Virus record (IMG/VR): IMGVR_UViG_3300025133_000137
Location: 1-54,541 of that record
Length of the DNA stretch: 54,541 bases
Strand: one strand, 5' to 3'
From: a virus
Lineage: Duplodnaviria; Caudoviricetes
Under the pieces are notes generated by a model. It saw only the letters and a list, made by a program, of their open reading frames with translations, searched no databases and was not told the DNA's origin. A program made the translations under genes and the position numbers. Shown here in pieces: positions 36,204 through 45,881 of this stretch; the first letter of the stretch is position 1; each line of letters begins with the position of its first letter.

Positions 36204-37933
36204 GTAAGTCAGACGCACAAAAAGCGACTGAAGCTCTTAAGTCCTTAGCAGATCCCTCAATTAGTTTGAGGGCGTATGCGCATATTCATGACCAGGCATC
36301 GGGTCAAGCTGTCCCTTACGATCCCTTTAAGATCACTGGGCGACTTCAGGCTACCCTCCTTACCTATTTTTCAGATCCACCGAAGACAGAATATGGCCAG
36401 AACAAATGGCTCACTCTTTTGGGGTATCGTCAGGGTGGCAAATCTTTAACCGCCGAGCTATGTGGGTATGTGAAAGCAGCCTATACACCGGGCTGGGACC
36501 ATGTGTGTATTGCAGATAATAAAAAGCGCGCAGAATACCTGCATTCGAGGGTTCACTTTTGCCATGGACTTTGGCCTGAAACTATTCGCTCTCCTACAAT
36601 CCCTAATCGTGAGGCACGTCAGCTTACGTTTGATTCCAAAGCGGGTGGAAAGATGCGCGTCCTCTCAGGAGAAAGCGGGGCCGTTGGTATTGGTCAATCC
36701 CCTGATTCATTCCATGCTTCAGAGGTGCCTTACTTTGCGGACGCAGCAGGACAATTTACCTTAATCTATCCGTCGATGATTAACCGGGACCACTCCCTAA
36801 TGGTTCTCGAATCGACTCCTGCACCAATGGATGCGCCCTCTGCGGAGTGGTGGCACGACCAATGCCGGGATGCAAAGCTGGGGACAGCCCGACACATCTA
36901 CGCTTTTTTCCCCTTCTGGGATGGGGTTCTTAATCAGCGTCCTTGGCCTAAGGGTGCAGCCCTGGATGTAGAAGAGCTTCGGTTTCTAGAGCGTTTTGGT
37001 CCACTAGGGCTGAAGAAAGAGCATCTAGCTTTCCGAAGATTAATGCTGGAGATTGACCCCGAGATTCGTCGTAACCCAGATCTCTTCCAGGTCTACTATC
37101 CGTTTGATGATCTCTCTTGCTGGCTAGCTTCTAGTGTTTCTGTTATCCATCCGAGTTTGCTTAAACGCCATCGGGAGGCTAAATTAACCAATTGGGTGCC
37201 TCCGTATATGGAGTACGAGCAGCCACAGGAGGGGGCTATCTATGTCATCGGAGTGGACCCTGCTGGTTATGCTGCTCGCGATCATGCTGCATTCCAAGTT
37301 CTCAAGGTATACGATGGGGAGTGGACTCAGGTCGCTTGCTATGCAGATCACACGACTCCTATCCCGTTTACGCGGAAAATAATGGAAGCTCACCATAAGT
37401 ACAACAATGCGATTGTAGCCGTTGAATCCAATGGGGTAGGCGCAGCTGTTATCGCTCTACTTGAAGAGATGGATTGTAAAAAGCTTTATTATGAAAAAGC
37501 TTACCGTCCCGGTATTACAGCGACATCGAAGTCTGTAGACCAGATGCTCTCTTACCTTCAGGATGCACTTCGAGATGATTTATTTTTTAATGACCAAGAT
37601 ACAGTCTCCCAACTGACTGGTTATAAGCACGATAAACGAGTGGAACGAGCAGCCTCTGCGGAGATATTATTGGGGGATGGTCCAGGGAAAAGGAGGCGCG
37701 AGAGGCATCACTGGGATAAAATCTCTGCGTTACAAATGGCTATCGTGGCTGCACGTCGTTGCCCACGTCGTCTAAAGGGCACACCCGTCCCGGATGGGTT
37801 GGAGAATGTTGTACTTTTTAAGGATATGTCATACGATCGTATCCAAGCGTACCGGAAAGATGAGGCAAAACGCGAATCAAAATCCCGACGCAAATTTACT
37901 TACCGAAGCATTCGGAACAGAAAACAAAAGTAA
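36200..37933 (+). CDS. terL: Terminase large subunit
   Basis: Walker A YRQGGKS, Walker B variant FHASE, LESTP, nuclease IGVDPAG, VESNGVG. Confidence 0.9.
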   Translation: MSKSDAQKATEALKSLADPSISLRAYAHIHDQASGQAVPYDPFKITGRLQATLLTYFSDPPKTEYGQNKWLTLLGYRQGGKSLTAELCGYVKAAYTPGWDHVCIADNKKRAEYLHSRVHFCHGLWPETIRSPTIPNREARQLTFDSKAGGKMRVLSGESGAVGIGQSPDSFHASEVPYFADAAGQFTLIYPSMINRDHSLMVLESTPAPMDAPSAEWWHDQCRDAKLGTARHIYAFFPFWDGVLNQRPWPKGAALDVEELRFLERFGPLGLKKEHLAFRRLMLEIDPEIRRNPDLFQVYYPFDDLSCWLASSVSVIHPSLLKRHREAKLTNWVPPYMEYEQPQEGAIYVIGVDPAGYAARDHAAFQVLKVYDGEWTQVACYADHTTPIPFTRKIMEAHHKYNNAIVAVESNGVGAAVIALLEEMDCKKLYYEKAYRPGITATSKSVDQMLSYLQDALRDDLFFNDQDTVSQLTGYKHDKRVERAASAEILLGDGPGKRRRERHHWDKISALQMAIVAARRCPRRLKGTPVPDGLENVVLFKDMSYDRIQAYRKDEAKRESKSRRKFTYRSIRNRKQK

Positions 37934-37942
37934 GGAGTTCTC

Positions 37943-38362
37943 ATGGCACAAGGATATAACGATAAACTCGATGAATCTCTGGGGGAGAAGGATGGTGCGC
38001 TTGCTACCAAAGACCCATCTACTACCGAAGAAGCTCGTAGGAATGAGTCCCGTGGAGCGAAAGGTCCTGATATTGATGCTCTAATTTCTCATTACGAAGA
38101 GGGACTAGCTCTTTTGAAGGAGCATAAAGCTTCTATGGGGGGTGGTGGTGAACTTATCGAGGATATAGGTATTGCGGAAGAGCTTCCTGGCGGGGAGATA
38201 CTAGCGGAAGGCGCAGCTATCGAAGAGCCTATACCCGGTGGTGAGGTGGACATCGGTGCTCTACTCGAAGCAGAAGCGGGCCCTCCAGGTCCTCCACCCG
38301 AAGAAGAGGCTTTCGATTTGAACGCGCTTACTGCACAAGCAGCTAAAAACGCACTCGCTTAG
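37943..38362 (+). CDS. Acidic small virion-associated protein with C-terminal AAKNAL motif
   Basis: aaggag RBS; QGYNDKLDESLG N-terminus; ends LNALTAQAAKNALA. Confidence 0.7.
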   Translation: MAQGYNDKLDESLGEKDGALATKDPSTTEEARRNESRGAKGPDIDALISHYEEGLALLKEHKASMGGGGELIEDIGIAEELPGGEILAEGAAIEEPIPGGEVDIGALLEAEAGPPGPPPEEEAFDLNALTAQAAKNALA

Positions 38363-38371
38363 GGAGTAGTC

Positions 38372-38680
38372 ATGGCAAGTAACAATCGTGGACCGGGTTG
38401 GCGAGAGACGCTAGGTCGTACGGAGCCTTTTTCAATGAAGGCGCTTCGAGAGAAGGCGGCTAAGAATGCGATAGACAAAGATAAGGAAGATTGGATCGGT
38501 AAGGCTACCGATAAGATGAAGAAGAAGGGAACCGTTGGCGCTTTCTCTAAAGCTGCAAAAGAGCGTGGAGAGACAACAAAAGAGTACGCAGATCAAGCGT
38601 TAGCTCCTGGTTCAACCGCCTCACCGTTGACAAAACAGAGGGCCAACTTTGCGAGGAATGTGTCTAAAGCGGGGAAATAA
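38372..38680 (+). CDS. Basic small protein with AAKNA motif
   Basis: ggag RBS; WI.KA..K..KGT.GAF..AA...T..RANFA.N pattern. Confidence 0.7.
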   Translation: MASNNRGPGWRETLGRTEPFSMKALREKAAKNAIDKDKEDWIGKATDKMKKKGTVGAFSKAAKERGETTKEYADQALAPGSTASPLTKQRANFARNVSKAGK

Positions 38681-39972
38681 TGGCAGAGTCACAGGAGCTT
38701 GTTCTCAAAAGAATGCGGGAACAGGCCGCAAAGAATGCCCTTGAGGCTGATAAGCTTATTAAAGGTCCGCTTGCAGAGGCAGAAGAATGGGCTTTAGCCA
38801 ATCCAGATCCCGAGATAGAGAAGCAAGCTCAACTAGATGAAGCTCCTGGTATTCATTCAGGGGATCTTTCTCAACGTATGTCTACTCCGGAGCAGACCCA
38901 TGAGGCCAAAAAAGACTTCGTGAAAGCTGCTGCGACAGAGGTTGCCGCTAACGCAGCGTTAGGTGGAGCAGGGAAAGTCGCACAAGCTGCTATCGCTTTC
39001 ATCCCAGCCCCCAAAGAATTTGCGCGTCATGGTATTAGCAAAATATCAGCAGCAATTCCCGAGGCTGCGAAGCAGAAGTTCCTGGCTGCCTTAGACGAGC
39101 TTAAAGCCAACAATCCTTTTGCTTACGACAATCAAGTCGAACACTACCAGAAGGTATTGGAACTCGTTGAACGGGAAGAAGCGCGACAGCGGTTATTTGA
39201 GCAGGCAAGCAAAGCTACCCCCGAGGATATTGTTCTAGACATTATTTCGAGTCTGGATGAGGGTCGGCAAAATGGGCTCCACGGTCAACTGCATTTTACG
39301 GAGAGGGAGATCAATCAATTATATAAACAAAGATATAATAATCTTCAGCACGCACGCCTTCAAGATGAGATAAGGCGTCTGCCCGATGACCTAGACAAAT
39401 ACGAGCGCAGGGTGGCTGTAGACAGGTTAGAAAATAGCAAGCGTTTTTCTCAACGAGGTAACACCAAATATCCTGACCTCCTCGATGACGGCGCACCAAA
39501 TCGGGTCTACAACCCTGAAGTCAAAGAAGTTCTAGCCAAACTAGGGCGCGAGGGCAAGATCCGCCTCTTCAGTCGCCCCAGAGGGACCCCTGGGCCCTCC
39601 GTACTTTACTCCCCTCGTACCTACCCCGGACCCGGTGGCATTGAAGGCATTCATATGAATGCCACCGACGACACGGTGGGGGCTCTCACAAGAAAGTCGG
39701 ATCTACTTGAAAAGGACTATTGGTCCCCAGAGAATATATTTAACAAACATCTAAAGTCGATTGATCCCAAGGGTAAGCTGATGGACTATTCTCGCCAAGG
39801 TTCGCCTGCTAAGGCGCGGGTGCTTGATGAAGACATTGTACAGTGGCCATTAGGTGGGGGAAAGTATGGTGACCCCGCACCTCCAGGCTCCTTATCTTTT
39901 CCAGAAGGCTCTCCTGGTGCGTTAAGTCTTGTCGATGACATCCCTGGCGCGTTAAGTATTGTAGACGATTAA
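38680..39972 (+). CDS. Hypothetical 430-aa protein with N-terminal AAKNAL motif; candidate packaged effector
   Basis: TAATG coupling; lies between TerL and portal. Confidence 0.65.
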   Translation: MAESQELVLKRMREQAAKNALEADKLIKGPLAEAEEWALANPDPEIEKQAQLDEAPGIHSGDLSQRMSTPEQTHEAKKDFVKAAATEVAANAALGGAGKVAQAAIAFIPAPKEFARHGISKISAAIPEAAKQKFLAALDELKANNPFAYDNQVEHYQKVLELVEREEARQRLFEQASKATPEDIVLDIISSLDEGRQNGLHGQLHFTEREINQLYKQRYNNLQHARLQDEIRRLPDDLDKYERRVAVDRLENSKRFSQRGNTKYPDLLDDGAPNRVYNPEVKEVLAKLGREGKIRLFSRPRGTPGPSVLYSPRTYPGPGGIEGIHMNATDDTVGALTRKSDLLEKDYWSPENIFNKHLKSIDPKGKLMDYSRQGSPAKARVLDEDIVQWPLGGGKYGDPAPPGSLSFPEGSPGALSLVDDIPGALSIVDD

Positions 39973-39989
39973 AAACGGGGTAACTAATA

Positions 39990-41819
39990 ATGGGACTAAC
40001 AGGGCAGCAGATTCGTGGGATCATCGATACTCATCAGTCTAAGATGCGGCGCGAACGCAACCAGTGGGACAAGTATCGGTCTTGGTATGTGGGTGAGTTC
40101 TGGGGCAATACGCAGGAAGACTTGCCTCAAGGGGCGAGTACTTTTACGGAAACGAACGAGGACGTAACCTTAGAAACAAACTATCCTTATGCTTACATCG
40201 ATACGATGATCGCGAATGTTTGTCCGACAAACCCACAGATTACCGTAAACGCACGGAGGGATAAGTTACGAGAAGCCGCATATTATCGGGAAGCTCTCGT
40301 TAATGACACATTCAATCGGATTAAGATGCATTCTATCGTATGGAATATGTCATCTCATGCCGCGATTTGTGGTCGTTCTTTTTTGAAAGCTGTTTGGAAT
40401 TTTAAGCGTCAGTCTCCGGATTTCTTTTCAGTAGACCCACGCTTTGTTTTCTTTGATATGTCGGCTCAACGGTGGAACGATATTCGTTATCTAGTCGAAG
40501 TTACCGTGCTTACTCGGGCAGAATTTGAGGTTCGGACGAAACGCAGGGGTAAAAAGGATGGCCGCTACAATTCAAAGGTTGCCGACAAGGCTTCGTTTGG
40601 TGGGTATCCTAGTTGGCTACGGGATTATACTAACGACCAATCCCTGTTTAACGATGCCTCTAAAGAAGTCTATGAATGGGTAACTGTTTATGAGTTCTAT
40701 GATTTTGAGGGAGAGGGGAAGTATTACCATTTCCTAGACGATTCGGATGACCCTTTATTTGTAGGCGAGCTTCCTTATCGTTTTATTCGGAACCCCTTTA
40801 CGTGTTTAACTTTTAATGACAACATGTTAGACCTTGGTGGTTTGAGTGATATTAAGTTAATTGCTTCTACACAAGAGAGATTAAACGAGTTAGATACATT
40901 AGAATTATGGCACGCTCAGTCGAGTATCCCGGTAATGATGGTCAATACAGGGCTCGTTGATAATCCTGAAATGATTTTGAATGCTCTTCGAAATGCCACT
41001 GAACCGGGCTCTATGATCGAGATAGCGGGGACTGCTAACGCTCCTCTGCGAGACTTGATCCATACCACACCAACGCCACAGCTTCAGCCTGGGTTCACTG
41101 CTATGAGAGAGCGTGCGGTCCAGATTATTGAGTTTGTACTAGGGATACCCCAGTATAGCCGGGGTGTGGTTGGGGTTACAGACGTAGCAACCGAAGTAGC
41201 TCTAGCCGATACGGCTACTCGAACAAGGAACGGACGTCGAATTCGGAAGCTAGAAGATATTATCCAGCGTGCAGCGGAAGCAATTGTTTCTCTCTATGAT
41301 GAATTCCTTCCGGCTGATAGTCTCTTACCTATTCGTTTAACGGATAGCGCAAAGGTTATTGAGGCAAATCGAGAAGCCTTAAAGCTACGAACGCTGAGTG
41401 AGGAGGCAGAGCAAGGGGCCCTAGAATATGATTACGAGGCAATTGCCTATTCCCCTACGGAAAACCATCGCCTCATACAGCTTCGAAACATCAATCAATA
41501 CCTCCCGCTTCTTATGGAAGCACCTAATGTGGATAAAGAAAAACTTGTAGTCAAGCTGCTCGACTTACTTCTCATGCGGGACCTAGCTATGGAAGCCCAG
41601 CAGGCAGACGCTCAGATGCCTCCCGGTGCAGGTATGGGTCCAATGGAGCCACCTTCTGAAGATACAATGGCAACTGGCGCCCTACCCCCAGGGACACAGG
41701 AACCTCCGACACCCCCCTTCCCCGGTGGTGGCCCAGGTTCTCCAATGCCCTCCGTATCAGATGGGTTTGAAGGAGCAGCCGCAGGGTTTGAAGGCGCAGG
41801 ATTCCCAGGAGCTAAGTGA
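39990..41819 (+). CDS. Portal protein (P22/podovirus-type)
   Basis: Size, position, patterns VDP..VFFD, Q..LN, G.....G....ATE, Pro/Gly-rich tail. Confidence 0.85.
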   Translation: MGLTGQQIRGIIDTHQSKMRRERNQWDKYRSWYVGEFWGNTQEDLPQGASTFTETNEDVTLETNYPYAYIDTMIANVCPTNPQITVNARRDKLREAAYYREALVNDTFNRIKMHSIVWNMSSHAAICGRSFLKAVWNFKRQSPDFFSVDPRFVFFDMSAQRWNDIRYLVEVTVLTRAEFEVRTKRRGKKDGRYNSKVADKASFGGYPSWLRDYTNDQSLFNDASKEVYEWVTVYEFYDFEGEGKYYHFLDDSDDPLFVGELPYRFIRNPFTCLTFNDNMLDLGGLSDIKLIASTQERLNELDTLELWHAQSSIPVMMVNTGLVDNPEMILNALRNATEPGSMIEIAGTANAPLRDLIHTTPTPQLQPGFTAMRERAVQIIEFVLGIPQYSRGVVGVTDVATEVALADTATRTRNGRRIRKLEDIIQRAAEAIVSLYDEFLPADSLLPIRLTDSAKVIEANREALKLRTLSEEAEQGALEYDYEAIAYSPTENHRLIQLRNINQYLPLLMEAPNVDKEKLVVKLLDLLLMRDLAMEAQQADAQMPPGAGMGPMEPPSEDTMATGALPPGTQEPPTPPFPGGGPGSPMPSVSDGFEGAAAGFEGAGFPGAK

Positions 41820-42598
41820 TGCCGGAAGATGATTTAGATGCTTTGAGAGCACAAGCGGCTAAAAAAGCCTTAGAGCCATCTGAAGAGCCTCGACGCAAAC
41901 ATTCGTGGGACCTGAATGTCATTAGCCAAGACCCGAAAGACCCACAGAAATCCTTTGCGATGACAGGTTCACCGGGCTCAGACCCTAAGAAGCTTTACGT
42001 AGGGGATTTTACGCCTGAAGGGGATGCTGTTGTAGGCTTTGAAGATCAGGGGATTCGACTACTTCCTGAGCAACCAGGCTCGAAAGAGTATACCCGCTAC
42101 ATGGGGGACAAGGTTCCGACTCCTGCCCCAGACTATGCAGCGATTGCAGCGAAGGTTAACGAAGCATCGCTGGAACAATCGCAGCTTGCTCAGAAACGAA
42201 CCCGCGCCGCCGCAGACGCTATCGAGCGCGCACGAGAGGGTGTCATCACTGAACTCCGGGGCTTCTATACAGGTCCCCCAGGCGGTCAGTGGGGGGATTA
42301 CGAGGCGACTATCAACGCTCAAATTAAGGATGCAGATTTCCCAGACCCCCGGACAGAGGTTGCGGTAAAAAATGCGTTTGATGATATGTGGTCATTACTT
42401 GACGACAGACCGAGGTTGTTAAGTACATCGCAAGAACATCAAGATGGTATTCCCAATCGTATTTATTTCGAGTCTGAAAATGGCGAAAGGTGGGAGTGGG
42501 TTTATAATGATGGACAGGTTGAAGCTCATCGAGCAGATGAGGATGAGGTGCCCCAAAGGGGAGCTATGCCGGATTTTTCAGGGCTCGAACCAATGTAG
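41816..42598 (+). CDS. Hypothetical acidic protein with N-terminal AAKKAL motif
   Basis: Coupled to the portal stop; begins PEDDLDALRAQAAKKALE. Confidence 0.7.
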   Translation: MMPEDDLDALRAQAAKKALEPSEEPRRKHSWDLNVISQDPKDPQKSFAMTGSPGSDPKKLYVGDFTPEGDAVVGFEDQGIRLLPEQPGSKEYTRYMGDKVPTPAPDYAAIAAKVNEASLEQSQLAQKRTRAAADAIERAREGVITELRGFYTGPPGGQWGDYEATINAQIKDADFPDPRTEVAVKNAFDDMWSLLDDRPRLLSTSQEHQDGIPNRIYFESENGERWEWVYNDGQVEAHRADEDEVPQRGAMPDFSGLEPM

Positions 42599-42606
42599 GA
42601 GAGACA

Positions 42607-42999
42607 ATGCCGTTATATGATATTAAATGTTTAAGCTGTGAGCAGAGAACCAATGACATCTTCTTCCGACTCAACGACACTATCATCTGCCCCACCTGTG
42701 GCGAAGGTGCTCGTACTATTATCGGTCCCGTTCTTACTATTGGCCCTATGCCGTCAAAACCGCTCAAGATGGAATCCATTGGGCGCGAGTTCACATCTAA
42801 TAGCGAGCTTAGGGCGTATAAGGAAGCTAACCCAGATTTAGCTTTTCATTCTAAGGATGATACGAGTTGGCGCAACCATGTAGATATGGCAAGAAATAAA
42901 ACAGAAAGAAAAGCAAAGCTACAGGGTTTCAGTGATAGGGCAGATAAAAAGGCATATTTGCGGAAAGAAAGGAAGAAGAAGCAGGAGCTATCGAATTGA
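42607..42999 (+). CDS. FmdB-family zinc-ribbon protein
   Basis: MPLYDIKCLSC...CPTCG. Confidence 0.75.
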   Translation: MPLYDIKCLSCEQRTNDIFFRLNDTIICPTCGEGARTIIGPVLTIGPMPSKPLKMESIGREFTSNSELRAYKEANPDLAFHSKDDTSWRNHVDMARNKTERKAKLQGFSDRADKKAYLRKERKKKQELSN

Positions 43000-43035
43000 T
43001 TTTTGGTTATCTTTTGAGTAAAACAATGGGGGGAG

Positions 43036-43302
43036 ATGTCCATGCATGACGGGTCTTGTCCAATGTCGGGAGAAGTTGAGGTTGAAACCAAAGAACAGGT
43101 TTCCTCCTCAGATCCCCTTCAAGAGATTCTTGATAATCCTCCTGCAAACCCAGAAGAATTTATGGCTAGGCTAAAAGAAAGCGGCTATGAATTAAAACCA
43201 ATCGTACAGCAGCGGGAGAGTTTCTTACCTCCTCAACCTAAAATGGTAGTTATTCGATTGGACGCAGCCAAAAATGCTTTAAAGGGACAACCGCATGAGT
43301 GA
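43036..43302 (+). CDS. Small protein with C-terminal AAKNAL motif
   Basis: G-rich RBS; overlaps the scaffold start. Confidence 0.6.
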   Translation: MSMHDGSCPMSGEVEVETKEQVSSSDPLQEILDNPPANPEEFMARLKESGYELKPIVQQRESFLPPQPKMVVIRLDAAKNALKGQPHE

Positions 43303-44158
43303 AACACCAGAAGTAGCAGCCCCAGTAGCCGAAGCACCGGCAGTTGCGGCACCGGCAGCGGCTGCACCAGCGGCTCCTGCGGCTGAAGTTGACGCTTCTG
43401 CTTCTTCTAGTGAGGCCCCTGTTGCTAGTGAGTCAGCGGTTACGCATGAATCGTTCGATTGGGATGGGTGGGAAGGTAGCTCCGAAACTTTTCCAGAAGA
43501 TATTAGGCCATGGGCAGATAAGATTTCTTCGCATTATACTCAATACAATGAGATTCTAAAGAAGAATCATCATAATCTGAAAGAGCTTTATGATTCTATT
43601 TTGACTGGCTCGGAAGATCCCCGTATTAAAGAGTTTGAAGAAAGTAGAACTAGCTGGGACGCAGAAAAAGCTGATTTTCTTGCGAAGCAAGAAGAACTTC
43701 AGAACGGCTGGGATACAACAAAACAGAACTATGAGGCTTACGAGCAGGCTGTTTATAAATATCATGTTGATAAAGCAGAGAAGCAACTAGAGGTCTTCGT
43801 AGGTGCGCGTCCTGAAATCTTAAAGGATGAAGCTAAGTATAAACTTTTTTCAGAACTTCTTGATGAGAGATGGGATCTAGATTCGGCGGATAAAATTCTA
43901 AAAATGTCCCCGGAAGCTGCTACGATTGCCCGAAAGGCTAAATCGGAGGGTGTTCCCGCTTCTTACGCTATTAAATTTGCAGAGAAAGCTCCCCCCCAGG
44001 TGCAAAAACCGCAACCTCGTCCCGCAGCTACAATCACGTCGGGTGCCGTTAGTCGGACTACCCCACATGCTTCTAGCAGAGGGATGGGTGACGCAAAGTC
44101 TTTGGAAGAAAGTAGGGCTATGGCATCCGCTAGAGCTTTAAAATTACACAAACGATAG
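43295..44158 (+). CDS. Capsid scaffolding protein
   Basis: Ala/Pro/Glu-rich N-terminus, central coiled coil, short C-terminal helix; directly upstream of the MCP. Confidence 0.75.
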   Translation: MSETPEVAAPVAEAPAVAAPAAAAPAAPAAEVDASASSSEAPVASESAVTHESFDWDGWEGSSETFPEDIRPWADKISSHYTQYNEILKKNHHNLKELYDSILTGSEDPRIKEFEESRTSWDAEKADFLAKQEELQNGWDTTKQNYEAYEQAVYKYHVDKAEKQLEVFVGARPEILKDEAKYKLFSELLDERWDLDSADKILKMSPEAATIARKAKSEGVPASYAIKFAEKAPPQVQKPQPRPAATITSGAVSRTTPHASSRGMGDAKSLEESRAMASARALKLHKR

Positions 44159-44167
44159 GGGGAGACA

Positions 44168-45232
44168 ATGGCTATTTCGCCTGATGTCCTAGCAACTGCG
44201 CTCCAGGAGTTGATGCCAAGTTACTCCGAACTTTTTGTTCAATGGCATCCAGTCCTAGAGAAATTAGTAAATAAAGGGAATCTCTCACGAGAAACCCTAC
44301 AGGGTCCGTGGCGTGAATTTGCCGTTGTAACTGATGGTCCTGGTGATGTTACTCAAGTACTCACTGGTTCAGAGGTTATTGCCGGTGGTCGTCGTCAGAA
44401 TGCGGTTCGAGGTAATACATATGCACCTCGTTTAATTTATGCATTCGATGTTCCTGGTAAGGACTTGGCCGAAGCTAACGGGGAGATGGACCTTGCAAAG
44501 ATCCTGAAGAACTACCCTGAGCTTGCGCTTAGTGACTTCCATGAACGGATTGCAGACCAAATGGGAACAGGAAACGGCCTCAACGTGGGTGGTTTTCTTA
44601 CGCTTAATGGTGACGCCACCTATAACCCAGATGGTATTGCTCGTAACGGTGCATTCGAGTTTGCGGCCCCTGCGGCGCAGGTTCTGCCTCGATTTGGCCT
44701 TAACCCAGGAACAGTACCCGGTTGGGTTAACCAGTACGGCCAGATTACTTCGTTTGCTGTGGACGGTAAGTCTACAATGCGTCGTGTTTATTATGCCTGT
44801 TCTCGTCAAGGGAAAACATTGGGTCCAGTTGACCTACTTCTCGGTGATGAGGAAAGCTATCTTAACTACATTGAAGACTTGGACGATCAGGTTCGGGTAA
44901 GCAAAGTAGAAGGGGATAAGGCTCCTGCTAATGTCCGACAGGGGACAAAGTTCCTCGATGCGGATTATTACCTGGAAGACTCCATTGTCCCGGCACTCTT
45001 TAACGGTGGTGCAGGAAGAGATGGTGTCATCTACATGATGAAGACCGGCACTTGGCACGCATACACCCTCGGTCATGATGCGAATCGTGAAACGAAAGGT
45101 GACTTTGCAGTAAGAGGCCCGTTCCGTATTCCGGAACAAGACCTCTGGCGTTATGAAATTGTACTCATGATGGGTATGCACACCACTCAACTTCGAGCCA
45201 ACGGCTGTATTGAAGGCGGCTCCATCCCATAG
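44168..45232 (+). CDS. Major capsid protein
   Basis: 354 aa following the scaffold, strong RBS, HK97/P22-coat-like size and composition. Confidence 0.85.
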   Translation: MAISPDVLATALQELMPSYSELFVQWHPVLEKLVNKGNLSRETLQGPWREFAVVTDGPGDVTQVLTGSEVIAGGRRQNAVRGNTYAPRLIYAFDVPGKDLAEANGEMDLAKILKNYPELALSDFHERIADQMGTGNGLNVGGFLTLNGDATYNPDGIARNGAFEFAAPAAQVLPRFGLNPGTVPGWVNQYGQITSFAVDGKSTMRRVYYACSRQGKTLGPVDLLLGDEESYLNYIEDLDDQVRVSKVEGDKAPANVRQGTKFLDADYYLEDSIVPALFNGGAGRDGVIYMMKTGTWHAYTLGHDANRETKGDFAVRGPFRIPEQDLWRYEIVLMMGMHTTQLRANGCIEGGSIP

Positions 45233-45255
45233 GGATGATTTAAAGGAGGTTTATT

Positions 45256-45858
45256 ATGTCACGTACAGCTATGGGGATTGACCATCTCACTGCAACAGGT
45301 CAACCAGACCCACTTAACCCAGGCGCAGATCTGCCAGTCCCGGTAACCGCTGCGATTGGTCGGTTTGCACAGGCACCACTTGGATTTATCCATGTAGAGC
45401 CTGCAAGCCAGAATCCAATCGATTTTGGAGGGGGCCCTATTCCAGTTAATAACTCTGGTGCGGGTGATGAAGAGTGGATCTATGTATTCAACTCAAGTGG
45501 TGCTCCTATATTGCCTGGAGCACTTTGTCAGCGCGAACTGCTTACCGGGGTCCCAGGGCCACCCGGACTTCCAGTTTGTTTTGCTACAACTGTGATAGCT
45601 GCTCCGGCAAGCGAACGCATAGTTCTTGGCGTAGCTCAATACCCCATTCCGGCTGGTTTCTTCGGTTTTCTTCTACGGAAAGGGGCAGCTGAGGTAGTCT
45701 ACACCGCGCCGACGATTGGTGGTCTTCCCATTATCCCGACCGCAGCGGGAGTTCCCGGATTAAGCGACGAGGGTGTTATTGGTCAGCCTGGGTTTGGGAT
45801 TACGACAGCTATCGCGGCTCCTGGTCCTGGCATGGCTATTATAGATTGTTCTGGCTAA
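45256..45858 (+). CDS. Capsid decoration/cement protein
   Basis: aaggaggt RBS; WIYV....I..G...GVAQ..I..G.FGF...G pattern; immediately after the MCP. Confidence 0.65.
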   Translation: MSRTAMGIDHLTATGQPDPLNPGADLPVPVTAAIGRFAQAPLGFIHVEPASQNPIDFGGGPIPVNNSGAGDEEWIYVFNSSGAPILPGALCQRELLTGVPGPPGLPVCFATTVIAAPASERIVLGVAQYPIPAGFFGFLLRKGAAEVVYTAPTIGGLPIIPTAAGVPGLSDEGVIGQPGFGITTAIAAPGPGMAIIDCSG

Positions 45859-45881
45859 AAGCTTGAAAGGGAAAGGGGCGG

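Noticed and set aside
42481-42530. Similarity of WEWVYNDGQVE to EWSYRLYDDGSIE in the 54028 protein
   Set aside because: Too short and gapped to support homology by eye.
45223-45255. Readthrough or frameshift extension of the MCP at the catccc-ata-gggatg hairpin
   Set aside because: A second in-frame stop (TGA) follows after one codon, no slippery heptamer is evident, and the next gene has its own strong RBS.
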